A stretch of 64,000 bases of DNA from Rhodopirellula sp. (GCA_003513555.1 DOPG01000032.1:18009-82008); one strand, 5' to 3'; counted from the first letter of the stretch, positions 38,113 to 47,951 are shown. Notes: generated by a model from the sequence alone, not told the origin. A program made the numbers and translations.

Positions 38113-40065
38113 ATGCAACGAAAACTCTTACCCCATGGCTCGGCGGCTCTGTTGCTAGCTTTTGCATTTCTTGTCTTCTCATCCCCCTCTGATCTACAAG
38201 GCCAAGAGAAGTCATCGAAAGCTTCCGCAGCGAAAAGTCGGCCGAACATTCTTTGGCTCTTTGCCGAAGACACCTCGCCGTGGATGGGTTGCTATGGTGA
38301 CCCGATCAATCGAGGTGCGACTCCCAATATTGATTCACTAGCAGCGAGAGGCGTGCTTTTTTCTCGCGCTTTTGTTCCTGCCCCGGTTTGCTCAGCTTGC
38401 CGTTCTGCATTGATGGGCGGCCAAAACCAGATTCGCTTCAATGCCCACGAGCATCGATCATCTCGAGGACCAGCGAAGCTACACCTGCCTGACCACATGA
38501 AGCTGCTTCCCCAGCTAGTAAAGGAAAGTGGTTACTTCACGTTCAATCTCGGGAAAACGGACTACAACTTTGTCTGGGATAATCCAGCAACCTACTCCTT
38601 GGAACAAAACTCCAGAAATTCAATTCCGTGGAAAAAATTGCAAGAGAACCAACCGTTTTTTGGTCAGATTCAGACAGCAGGGGGTAAGAACAACACCACC
38701 AAATTCCCTGCGTCTCGCAAGGTCGATCCAGCAACGGTCACGGTTCCTCCCGACTATCCCCAAAATGATCTTTATCACTCCGTCGTCGCGCAACACTATG
38801 ACGCGATTCGAAAAGACGATGACTTCATCGGCAACGTGCTCAAGGGGTTGAATGAATCGGGACTTGCAGACAACACCATCGTTGTTTACTTCGGCGACCA
38901 CGGAGCAAACAATCTTGTCCGCCACAAACAGATGCCGACCGAAGGCGGCCTTCGTGTTCCTTTCATTATGGCCGGTCCAGCTCCTTATGTTCCGGCCAGT
39001 GCAGTTCGTGATGACTTGGTGAATTTATTGGATCTGTCAGCAACGACATTGGCATGGGCAGGAGTCCCACGCCCAGACTGGTACGAAGGGCAAAATCTGT
39101 TTGACTCGAAACTCATTCCACGTAGCTCCGTGTTCGCAGCCAAAGATCGACTCGACCACACCATTGACCGGGTACGTACAGTCCGCACCCACCGATACCG
39201 CTACACACGTAATTTCAAGACGGATCGAATTTTCTTGCAACCACAGTACCGTGACACCAAGGACTACGTTCGAAACCTCAGAGCAATGTATGCAGACGGA
39301 ACACTGTCAGCACAGTTAAGTGAAATTTACTTTGGTGAGCGACCAACGGAAGAGCTTTACGATGTCATTGAAGACCCAAGCCAACTTAACAATTTGGCAA
39401 GCGACCCCAAATACGCAATCGTACTTAAGAAACACCAAACACTACTCAAGCAGTGGATTGCTCAAGGCGATGCTGGCAGAGGCGAAGAATCAAATGAAGA
39501 AATCGCCTACCAAGGGCAGGAACACAAATGGGGAACAGGTGTGAATCCTGAGTACGAAGTGGTCCGTGTTGATAACGATGGTGACGGTCTCTCGGATACA
39601 TGGGAAAAAGTAAATGGGCGTGATCCTTCGGATGGCAAGATGCTGTTCACGTTTGATTGTGGTGGTTGGCAGACGGAGGGGTGGGCTGGTTCACCTGACC
39701 TAGGTAATATCGCCGGTGGCTTGGGTTATCTTGACTTTACACTTGGCAAACAGGAATCGAGTTTGCGGCGGCGCGGACTCAAACTTTCCGCTCAAAAAAA
39801 TCGAGGCGAATTTACAATCCAAGTTCGCTCGGATCACGACATCGTCTTACAACTAGTTGCAACCTCCGACAGCAAGAACTCGTCGAACGAACTCGCTGGC
39901 GAGGTCGTGGGCGAGGTCTCGGTCAAGAAGGCTGACTACTGGGCGACTGTCTCCATTCCGTTGTCTGGAAACGAAGCATGGCGAGGTGTGATAACTGAAC
40001 TTGAGTTAAGGCTCCAAGGTCCAGTGGGCACATTTGTTGAATTCGACTCCATCTCGATCCCCTGA
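38113..40065 (+). CDS. Sulfatase-family protein with a C-terminal extension (Ca-binding-like DNDGDGLSD motif plus an unknown domain)
   Basis: 650 aa. It has a signal peptide, PNILWLFAEDTSPWMGCYG, and the FGly-type motif CSACRSALMGG (C-x-A-x-R). The C-terminal ~180 aa begin with VDNDGDGLSDTWE. Confidence 0.88.
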   Translation: MQRKLLPHGSAALLLAFAFLVFSSPSDLQGQEKSSKASAAKSRPNILWLFAEDTSPWMGCYGDPINRGATPNIDSLAARGVLFSRAFVPAPVCSACRSALMGGQNQIRFNAHEHRSSRGPAKLHLPDHMKLLPQLVKESGYFTFNLGKTDYNFVWDNPATYSLEQNSRNSIPWKKLQENQPFFGQIQTAGGKNNTTKFPASRKVDPATVTVPPDYPQNDLYHSVVAQHYDAIRKDDDFIGNVLKGLNESGLADNTIVVYFGDHGANNLVRHKQMPTEGGLRVPFIMAGPAPYVPASAVRDDLVNLLDLSATTLAWAGVPRPDWYEGQNLFDSKLIPRSSVFAAKDRLDHTIDRVRTVRTHRYRYTRNFKTDRIFLQPQYRDTKDYVRNLRAMYADGTLSAQLSEIYFGERPTEELYDVIEDPSQLNNLASDPKYAIVLKKHQTLLKQWIAQGDAGRGEESNEEIAYQGQEHKWGTGVNPEYEVVRVDNDGDGLSDTWEKVNGRDPSDGKMLFTFDCGGWQTEGWAGSPDLGNIAGGLGYLDFTLGKQESSLRRRGLKLSAQKNRGEFTIQVRSDHDIVLQLVATSDSKNSSNELAGEVVGEVSVKKADYWATVSIPLSGNEAWRGVITELELRLQGPVGTFVEFDSISIP

Positions 40066-40488
40066 ACAAACCTATCCCGGGTGAGATCGCTGACGCTTTG
40101 GGAGACACCTGCCCCCCGCTGGGGAAGCGCGCCTTGGGCGGTCCATTTTGTCACACCCTGCAAATGGGTCCGTAACTCACTCTTGAGAGTCAAAATAATC
40201 TCAATTCGCGTGAAACCTTGCAAACACGCTAGTTGTGAGATGGATTTTTAGCTGGCATGAAGAGTAACACAACGTGACCATCGCGTGCCTGAATGCATCT
40301 GATCCAACTGTTTCCGCCCATTCTCTTCGGGAGGGGTGGTCAGATTCGAAATCGGGTGCATAATCCGACCCTCCGGTGAGGCAACTGCATGATGCTGGAT
40401 CTGCCTCCCAAGCGTTGTTTTGGCTACTGACCGTGAAATTTTGAGATTTTCCAATGGTCAAATCCTAACATTGCGGAATGCAAATCAG

Positions 40489-41103
40489 ATGTTATCGATG
40501 TCCTCAGGACGAATGATCGCTGTTTTAGTAGTGGTTTCAGTGTTATCGTCGGCGCTGCCGAAGTCGCCTGTGTACAGCCAAACTGCGAATGGGGCCGCAG
40601 AGCCGGCTCAAAAGTCCTCTTTCCTGCGGCAGGGTGATTCGGTTGGCGTTTTCTATGTCACGAAAGTGGCGGGAGCTGAAGATGATGGTGTACTGCCCGG
40701 CGAGCAACTCTGCTACCGCTGTCGCTACGGCTCCAGCCCCATCGTCATGGTATTTGCCCGACGAACGGGCGGTCGTGTCACTGAGTTGGTCAAGCGGATC
40801 GATAAAGCCGTTTTTTCAAATCGCCAAAGGCGTCTGAAGGGCCTCGTAACCCTCATGGGTGATAGCACACCGGCTGTTAAAGCCGCTGCTGGGGAAGTTG
40901 CGGCGGCAGCAAAAGTCGAGCACGTGCCGGTCGTGGTAGCGAAAGAGGTAAAAACGGGTCCACTGAATTACAAGTTACCGGCCGATGCTGAAGTGACGGT
41001 CGTGGTTGCAAAAAACAGTCAGGTGGTGAAGACGCACACTTTCACATCTGAAAAAGTGGATATTGCCGCAGTCATGAGTGAGGTAGAAAGGATTCTCGAG
41101 TAA
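40489..41103 (+). CDS. Secreted hypothetical protein (possibly thioredoxin-like fold)
   Basis: The ORF is open from a TTG at 40420. The ATG at 40489 gives a signal peptide (MLSMSSGRMIAVLVVVSVLSSALP). It contains LCYRCRYGSSPIVMVFARR.......LVKRID, a block I recall from a planctomycete-restricted family of unknown function. Confidence 0.55.
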   Translation: MLSMSSGRMIAVLVVVSVLSSALPKSPVYSQTANGAAEPAQKSSFLRQGDSVGVFYVTKVAGAEDDGVLPGEQLCYRCRYGSSPIVMVFARRTGGRVTELVKRIDKAVFSNRQRRLKGLVTLMGDSTPAVKAAAGEVAAAAKVEHVPVVVAKEVKTGPLNYKLPADAEVTVVVAKNSQVVKTHTFTSEKVDIAAVMSEVERILE

Positions 41104-42374
41104 CGCTCAGAGACTCCCCGCGACTCACCGAATCACCCTCTACGGCTTGTAGGCCGTTAAATTGAAAAGCCGGCTTCTCTGTTGTCCGATTGCTAATTTC
41201 TCCTTTGTCGCAAGCTACTTTGCCTGTCACAACGCTTAATAACAAACTCGCAAAGCAGCTCTCCATGTGAGTTCCGGTGTCCACTGCGATCCTGTCTTGG
41301 TGCTGCAAAGAACTGGCTTGCTATCCATCATGATTTTACTGGAGAGGGTCCTAACAGCTTGGACAAAATTCCCCGCTCGTTTCAAACGAATCGCTGGCAG
41401 TGTCAAAGCGGGTATGCGAAATCCACAAAATGTTGAGAGCGAGGCCCAGAGTTGCCTGCATTGCCACACAACCGCAGATGAAGAGTCGGTCAATATCGGT
41501 GGACACTATGCCGGAATTTTGAAATTTGAATTTATTTCGCGGTGGCAGGGTCTTTTTCGCACAACTTTCTGAAATCAGAGGGGAGAACCAGGCGAGGCAA
41601 TGCCACCGAACGACTTCACCTGATATGCGTTGCAGGAATGATTGCTGACTTGGAAGCAAGCCCGAAAGCCACAGCGATCGCTACCGAAAAAGCGATCTAT
41701 CGAAGGACATCAGCAAAACACGCCTCTCGGCCTGGGGCACGCTTAACGAGCATCAATGCAAAAATTGACTCGTCCCAGCTACAGCAAATCGACATTTTCG
41801 AATCGATCAAGTTGCAACCAAAGAATGATTCACAATTGACTGAAGCAGCTAATTAGATTGCAGTTCTTGGAAACGATTGCGCCGAGTCGAATGAAGCGAA
41901 CCTGAACTCTTAGGACCGCCCAATTCTGCTCCAGACCGTTGCAAATCACAACGCGGGATCACTCGCTCTGTTACCGGCTTTTTTGAAAACAAATCAGGCG
42001 TCAGTCAGTACAGCATGAAATGCTGTCGCTCTTCAGGGAAACATCCACCACTGTCTCTTCCTTATCCAAACTACAACAATGCAGCCTCTTTCGCAGACCG
42101 CTAATTCTACTGAGCGGCATCGATGCAATGCCGCGACGGGCGCAGTCGGCGCGATGTTAAGTTGGATAAAGCGACCCGACTAACGCTAACTTGACCATTG
42201 GAAATATGATCAGCCAGTCCCCAAATCTCCCTCCTCGAGGAAAATATCAAGTATTTCTGGCTTAAAGCGCATCGCGGGATTGCAATCACCCAACCGACAG
42301 GACAGGGTGTTCTTGCTACATTAACTCGGTTCAGCCACCGCCCATTTCACCTCGCAACCCACCCCACGCAGCGA

Positions 42375-45158
42375 ATGCACGAATCCATTTCGTATCGCTG
42401 GGCAAAGCAAGTCACCCGATATCGGTGGATCATCCTCACCGTCTGGTTTCTGGGCGCCATCCTGATTCGCAGCGTCGCCCCAGCATGGAACGACGTGGCC
42501 TACGATGGTGACTTTGAGTACTTGCCAACCAAGATGAGCAGTGTTGCTGGTGGACACCTACTGGACGAGGCATTTCCAGATGTCCGAAGTCGGAGCCAAA
42601 TCGTCCTAGTTCTCGGACGCACAACGGGTGAACTAACAAAGCGTGACGAGATCGTCGGCCTTGATTTACTCAGGCGGCTCTACCATCGGCTTGGCGAAGT
42701 CAGTTGGCAACGTGCCATTGAATACGGATACTCCGGCGGCCCAATTCAGGAAGACACCAAATCGGCGCAATGGATCAAACTGGCACGTGAAGCCTTTGAC
42801 CACTCCATCGCAGTCGATGAATCGTTCTATGAACGGATCTCAGCCCAAGTTCCATCAGATGCTCCTAACCTGCGCGAACCAAGAATGGCGATTGCCTACT
42901 GGGATCGTGGCAAACTGTTAGAAACGTTGGAAGAACCAGAAGAGGATGTGGGTCGTGATTTCGAGGCAGCTTTGGTGTTGGTTCCAGACCTACCAAAAAT
43001 CGCTGCACCCATTGCTGAACGCGACCTCACCGGTTGGACATCACTGTTGGATATTCTCGGATGGGATGACCAGTTAATTGGTGCCAGCCTTAAACAGGAA
43101 GGGGCACAGCTTGCTGTGATGCAACTCTCCTCGGAGCTTGCGGCGACTGGTAATATTGAAACTGTCGAGGTCGTCCACCAATTGCTGGATGATGTTCGCA
43201 ATTACAGCATGCAATACACAGCCCCGGACCTGCAACTGCTGATGACGGGATCCGCAGCGATTGGGGGCGAGACTTTGCTGGCCGCCCGTGATGCCATTCA
43301 GTACACCGAATGGATCACGGTCATCATGATTCTACTCATACTTGCCATCGTTTATCGGGCCCCATTACTGGTCGCTGTGCCCATGTTGTCCATCGGGGTG
43401 GCTGTGGTTGTCTCCGCTTCACTCGTCACACTTTTGACTCAAGGGTCGATTCATGGCACGATTCCCGGCTTTGACCTCCGGGTATTCACGACCAGTCGCA
43501 TCTTTGTCGTTGTGATCCTGTTTGGCGCCGGAACTGATTACTGCCTGTTTTTGATTGCCCGTCTGCGAGAGGAAGCAAGCAAAGTTCCATGGGATCAGGC
43601 ATGCACCAATGCGCTTTCAGGTGTGATGGGTGCCTTGATTGGCAGTGCGATGACCACGGTTGTCGGTTTGGGCATGCTCTGGATCGCAAGCTTTGGAAAA
43701 TTCCATTACACCGGTCCAATTATCGCAATCTGCCTGTTGGTGGGGCTACTGGTTTGCACCACTTTGACGCCGGCTTTACTCAGAGCGATTGGACCGAAGG
43801 TATTCTGGCCGACACCTATCAAAATCAATGACTCTGGGCCACTAACGGTATACGGTAAGACAAATGCACAGGGACGCTCTTCCACCGAAAACCTTTGGAA
43901 CTGGATCGCCCTGACGCTGACCAGGTATCCGCTTACCACACTGATTTTTGGGATCGGGCTTCTACTGATTCCAAGCGTTTACGGACTCAGAAACGAAGGT
44001 GCCGTTACTTATAACCTCAGTAGCCAACTGAACCACTCCGCCCCAAGTCGGCAAGGCTTGCGTCTCCTCGCACAGCACTTCGACATCGGGAAAATCAACC
44101 CGGTCACCGTTTTGCTCGTCCAGCCCGAAAACGTACCGAGAAAAGAACTCGAAAAACAAATCAAGACACTCGCAGAGAAACTTTACACACTCGATGGGGT
44201 GTCCACTGTCAGAACTGCTGATGATCCGCTGGGGGACTTTCCCCCGGACAGAGACATGAGTTTGCTGAATCGTGATGCATGGCGGCGACGGGCTCTACAG
44301 AATCATCGTTTGGCACAGCAATATTTTTTCTCGCCGCTCCCTGCGATGGAAAACAGGCTCGCTCGACTCGACGTCACGATCAATGGTGATCCATTTGCAA
44401 TGGATACTGCCAAGATCGTCACGGACATCGACAAGTTCCTTCATCAATACATTGAACAACCAAATTCCGATTGGGCGGGATCACGGGTTGTTTTAACCGG
44501 AACTACCCCGTCCATCATTGACCTTCGGACGGTCACGCTGCGCGATAACCAGCGGATCAAGATTGCTGTCGTGCTGGCTGTATTTCTTGTCTTACTACTT
44601 GTCATACGCAAACTTGGGCTCTGCCTATACCTGATCGCAACCGTATTGATTAGTTACTACGCCACCTTGGGTCTCACACTGATCTTCTTCCAAAATGTAT
44701 ATGGTTCGGACTTTGTTGGCCTTGACTGGAAGCTCCCGCTATTTCTGTTTGTCATCTTGGTGGCAATTGGACAGGACTACAACGTCTATCTGGTAACCAG
44801 AATTGTCGAGGAGCAAAAGAATCTGGGCTGGCTATCAGCTCTGAGACGGGCGATCACCAAAACCGGCGGAATCATTACGGCATGTGGGATCGTAATGGCG
44901 GCTACATTCTTTAGCATGACCTCTTCATCGTGGTTCCCAACCATTGCAACTTGGTTTGGTTATTACAACGAATCAGGTACCACATCTCTACGTGGTATCA
45001 CTGAGCTTGGTTTTGCGCTCGGGCTGGGCGTATTGATCGACACTTTCTACGTGCGTGCGATTCTGGTCCCAAGTTTTGTTGCCACCTTGGGACGTTTTTC
45101 GCGTCGCGAAAACTCTGCTGGTCCAAATACCAAGACGGCACCCAAGCCCGAAACGTAA
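42375..45158 (+). CDS. MMPL/RND-superfamily transporter
   Basis: 927 aa. It has two 5-6-helix TM bundles (around aa 310-470 and 740-900), each preceded by a large soluble loop. The GAGTDYCLFLIARLREE and IGQDYNVYLVTRIVEE motifs are typical of MMPL proteins. Confidence 0.88.
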   Translation: MHESISYRWAKQVTRYRWIILTVWFLGAILIRSVAPAWNDVAYDGDFEYLPTKMSSVAGGHLLDEAFPDVRSRSQIVLVLGRTTGELTKRDEIVGLDLLRRLYHRLGEVSWQRAIEYGYSGGPIQEDTKSAQWIKLAREAFDHSIAVDESFYERISAQVPSDAPNLREPRMAIAYWDRGKLLETLEEPEEDVGRDFEAALVLVPDLPKIAAPIAERDLTGWTSLLDILGWDDQLIGASLKQEGAQLAVMQLSSELAATGNIETVEVVHQLLDDVRNYSMQYTAPDLQLLMTGSAAIGGETLLAARDAIQYTEWITVIMILLILAIVYRAPLLVAVPMLSIGVAVVVSASLVTLLTQGSIHGTIPGFDLRVFTTSRIFVVVILFGAGTDYCLFLIARLREEASKVPWDQACTNALSGVMGALIGSAMTTVVGLGMLWIASFGKFHYTGPIIAICLLVGLLVCTTLTPALLRAIGPKVFWPTPIKINDSGPLTVYGKTNAQGRSSTENLWNWIALTLTRYPLTTLIFGIGLLLIPSVYGLRNEGAVTYNLSSQLNHSAPSRQGLRLLAQHFDIGKINPVTVLLVQPENVPRKELEKQIKTLAEKLYTLDGVSTVRTADDPLGDFPPDRDMSLLNRDAWRRRALQNHRLAQQYFFSPLPAMENRLARLDVTINGDPFAMDTAKIVTDIDKFLHQYIEQPNSDWAGSRVVLTGTTPSIIDLRTVTLRDNQRIKIAVVLAVFLVLLLVIRKLGLCLYLIATVLISYYATLGLTLIFFQNVYGSDFVGLDWKLPLFLFVILVAIGQDYNVYLVTRIVEEQKNLGWLSALRRAITKTGGIITACGIVMAATFFSMTSSSWFPTIATWFGYYNESGTTSLRGITELGFALGLGVLIDTFYVRAILVPSFVATLGRFSRRENSAGPNTKTAPKPET

Positions 45159-45231
45159 ACCGATGTCACGTTGATCCTCAATCAACCCGCGACAACAATC
45201 ATAGTACTACATGTAACGCACTGTGATGCGA

Positions 45232-45765
45232 TTAATCGCCAGCACCTAAATCGTCATCCAGAGATTCGAGGATAAGTTCCAGCTCGTTCTCTTCGTGTTT
45301 TTCAAACATACGTCGAAACGAATCAAACTGCTGAATGAAAAGATTCACCTGTTCCGGTCTGTCGGAGCAGACTTCAGAAACTTGATCAGCCAAATCACGA
45401 ATGACTGCAAAAAGAAACGGATGTTCGCTTCGCAGCACTTCCGCAGTCACGCTCAACTGTGGCGATGACACAACTGCATCATCGAAGTAGCCGTAGGCTT
45501 CTTCCAACGAAAAGTGCAAGGCCAGCTGATCCCGCAACTCACTCATGAGTGCAATGAGCTCAGGCCAGTGATTTGCCGCCGTCTGCTGGTGACAGGTGAG
45601 GGGTATGATCTGGTCCAACAGCATTTTCAGGTCCTGGCTATCATCCTTGATGTCTTTCAAGAATGCGGCGTTTACCGTCAACCTGCGTGTACCAGTCTTA
45701 CTCTGAGTCGCCGCACCACCTTCTGGAGATATCTCAAACTGTTTCATATCGACCTCCTCAATCAA
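45232..45765 (-). CDS. Hypothetical acidic protein, possibly a hemerythrin/HHE-like helical bundle
   Basis: 177 aa. It has ...L..HFSLEE..GYF... and FEKHEENE blocks resembling HHE cation-binding motifs. It lies 48 nt downstream of epmA on the same strand. The functional call is weak. Confidence 0.35.
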   Translation of the reverse strand: MIEEVDMKQFEISPEGGAATQSKTGTRRLTVNAAFLKDIKDDSQDLKMLLDQIIPLTCHQQTAANHWPELIALMSELRDQLALHFSLEEAYGYFDDAVVSSPQLSVTAEVLRSEHPFLFAVIRDLADQVSEVCSDRPEQVNLFIQQFDSFRRMFEKHEENELELILESLDDDLGAGD

Positions 45766-45813
45766 GCCATCTCTATTTTAGTCCAGTGGCTGATCGAATG
45801 CGGAAATTTTTTC

Positions 45814-46854
45814 TCACACGTTCAAAATGGTAAACGGCATAACGTTTGAAATTGTTTTTTCTCCCAATTGGACTGCCAGCAAACGATCAACACCCAACGC
45901 TACTCCCGCACATTGCGGGAAACCGGAACGCATTGCTTCAAGCAGTGGCACATCCACAGGCAATGGACGGCGACCCGATTTTTTACGTTTTTCATTACAG
46001 TTACGAAAGCGTTCCAACAAGACATCAGGATCACGTAATTCGTCGTAACCATTGGCCAACTCGATGCCGGCGATGAAAAGTTCAAAACGTGCCGCACATT
46101 GCTTGTCCTGCGTTGAAGCCTTTGCCAACGCTGCCTGACTAAGTGGATAGTCGCGCACAATCACTGGGCTGTCGTGCCCAAGTTTAGGTTGAATCAGATG
46201 ACTCAGAATCAAATCCAAAACACCATCGCGATCGTCTGCAATCGACATCGCCAGAGAAGAATCGATCGCTTCAGCACATTCCGTTAGTGTCGAAATGGGC
46301 GCATCGATGGGATCAAACCCACAATGGTCCCAAAACAACTGTCGATACGAATGAACTTCAAAATGATCTTTCTTCAAAACATCGCAGGCCAATGCACCCA
46401 GAATTTCAATCCCCTGTTCTACATCGGACCCCAGTTCATACCACTCAAGCATGGTGAACTCCAAATCATGTTGCTCTCCCTGCTCCCCAGCACGAAACAC
46501 AGGGCCAAGGCTGTAAATGGAAGGAGCTCCAGCCGCCAACATGCGTTTCATGGCAGCCTCCGGGGAGGTTTGCAAATAATAGAATTCTTTCCCGTTGCAC
46601 GGACCCAACTGAAATTCACGTGTATCAACACGCAAGGGATCAATATAGGGATCAATCACACAATCCGTCGTCAGGCAGGGCGGCTGAACCTCAAGAAAAC
46701 CCCGCTGATCAAAGAACATGCGAAGGTTTCTCAGCAATTCTGATCGCTCACGAAGTCGATGCAAATTAGGCAGATAACAGTCTTTCATCGGATAACAGGG
46801 CGGCTGAGGGTTTTGGTGGCTTGCGTCGAGGCCTGCTAGCAGGCAAGATCGCAT
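45814..46854 (-). CDS. epmA: EF-P--(R)-beta-lysine ligase (EpmA/PoxA/GenX, class II LysRS paralogue)
   Basis: 346 aa (an alternative start at M23, nt 46788, is possible). PNLHRLRERSELLRNLRMFFDQRGFLEVQPP aligns with the EpmA N-terminus, followed by YLQTSPE, EFTMLEWYE, ELANGY.EL.DP and GVALGVDRLL (class II motifs 1-3). Confidence 0.85.
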   Translation of the reverse strand: MRSCLLAGLDASHQNPQPPCYPMKDCYLPNLHRLRERSELLRNLRMFFDQRGFLEVQPPCLTTDCVIDPYIDPLRVDTREFQLGPCNGKEFYYLQTSPEAAMKRMLAAGAPSIYSLGPVFRAGEQGEQHDLEFTMLEWYELGSDVEQGIEILGALACDVLKKDHFEVHSYRQLFWDHCGFDPIDAPISTLTECAEAIDSSLAMSIADDRDGVLDLILSHLIQPKLGHDSPVIVRDYPLSQAALAKASTQDKQCAARFELFIAGIELANGYDELRDPDVLLERFRNCNEKRKKSGRRPLPVDVPLLEAMRSGFPQCAGVALGVDRLLAVQLGEKTISNVMPFTILNV

Positions 46855-46901
46855 TCATGGAACTAACTTACCCGCACAGCATTTGATCGACCATCGTCTT
46901 C

Positions 46902-47951
46902 ATGAGCAGCGATTCTCCCGCCAACCGATACGCACGACAGATTCAATTTGCACCCATCGGTTCCGAAGGCCACCAAAGTATTACTGGTTCGCGAGTCGCT
47001 GTCTTGGGTGCAGGAGCCTTGGGAACCGTGGCCGCTGAAATACTGGCCCGTGCTGGCGTTGGTAAACTTATCATCATCGATCGTGATGTTGTTGAATGGA
47101 CGAATCTGCAACGTCAAGCACTGTACATCGAACAGGATGCAATCGATGGACGTTCCAAAGCGGATGCCAGCTGCGATCGACTCAAAGCCATCAATAGCAA
47201 TACCGAATTACACCCCGTGGTCGCTGATGTTTCATCAGGAAATATCAGTGACATTTTGAGTGATGTCGATTTGGTAATCGACGCTGCTGATAATTTTTTA
47301 ATTCGTTTCCTTCTAAATGATTGGTCTCTGAAGACCAAGACACCTTGGGTGCATGGTGGTTGCGTGGGAGCGGTGGGACAAGTTCGGCTATTCACCGGAG
47401 TAGGGCAGCCTTGTTTTCGTTGCCTCGTCCCAGAGCCTCCCCCAGCCTCAGCCGTCGACACCTGCGATACCGCTGGCGTAGTCGGTTCTGCGACTCACAC
47501 CGTTGCAAGCCTGCAGAGCACAGAAGCGATTAAGTGGTTATCCGGAAATCGCCAACACGTGCATACCTCCCTGTTGTCGATCGATCTATGGAACAACCGC
47601 TTCCGTGAATTGAATATCTCGCCATCTTTGAGCGATTCCTGCCCAGCCTGTGGGAATGACGAATATCAGTTTTTGGAAGGTGATCGAACAGTGCAGTCTG
47701 AAGCTGCGGCCACGTTATGTGGACGTGATGCTGTTCAGATCGCTGGAAGCCGCGATGCAGAAATCGACCTGACACTAATGGCGGAACGCTGGAAAAATGT
47801 TGGTCGCGTACAGGCCAACCCATTTTTTGTCCGTCTATTTCCGAATGACGCTCACAGCTTAACCCTCTTCCGGGATGGTCGCGTTGTAATCACAGGCACA
47901 TCAGAAATCAGTGTCGCAAGAACCCTGTATGACCGTTTTGTGGGAGGATGA
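46902..47951 (+). CDS. ThiF/MoeB-family E1-like adenylyltransferase (long Bacillus-type form with an extra C-terminal domain)
   Basis: 349 aa. It has RYARQI......G......SRVAVLGAGALGT..AE.LARAGVGKL.IIDRD.VE.TNLQRQ, CxxC pairs (CFRC, CPAC), and a C-terminal ~85 aa ...LFRDGRVVITGTSEISVARTLYDRFVGG. Confidence 0.85.
   Translation: MSSDSPANRYARQIQFAPIGSEGHQSITGSRVAVLGAGALGTVAAEILARAGVGKLIIIDRDVVEWTNLQRQALYIEQDAIDGRSKADASCDRLKAINSNTELHPVVADVSSGNISDILSDVDLVIDAADNFLIRFLLNDWSLKTKTPWVHGGCVGAVGQVRLFTGVGQPCFRCLVPEPPPASAVDTCDTAGVVGSATHTVASLQSTEAIKWLSGNRQHVHTSLLSIDLWNNRFRELNISPSLSDSCPACGNDEYQFLEGDRTVQSEAAATLCGRDAVQIAGSRDAEIDLTLMAERWKNVGRVQANPFFVRLFPNDAHSLTLFRDGRVVITGTSEISVARTLYDRFVGG

Noticed and set aside
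41267-41572. Calling the 101-aa CLHCH-containing ORF a bona fide c-type cytochrome gene
   Set aside because: It has a single CxxCH and no signal peptide. About 0.5 chance CxxCH occurrences are expected across all six frames of a 64-kb window. It is kept only as part of the gene-free-region finding.
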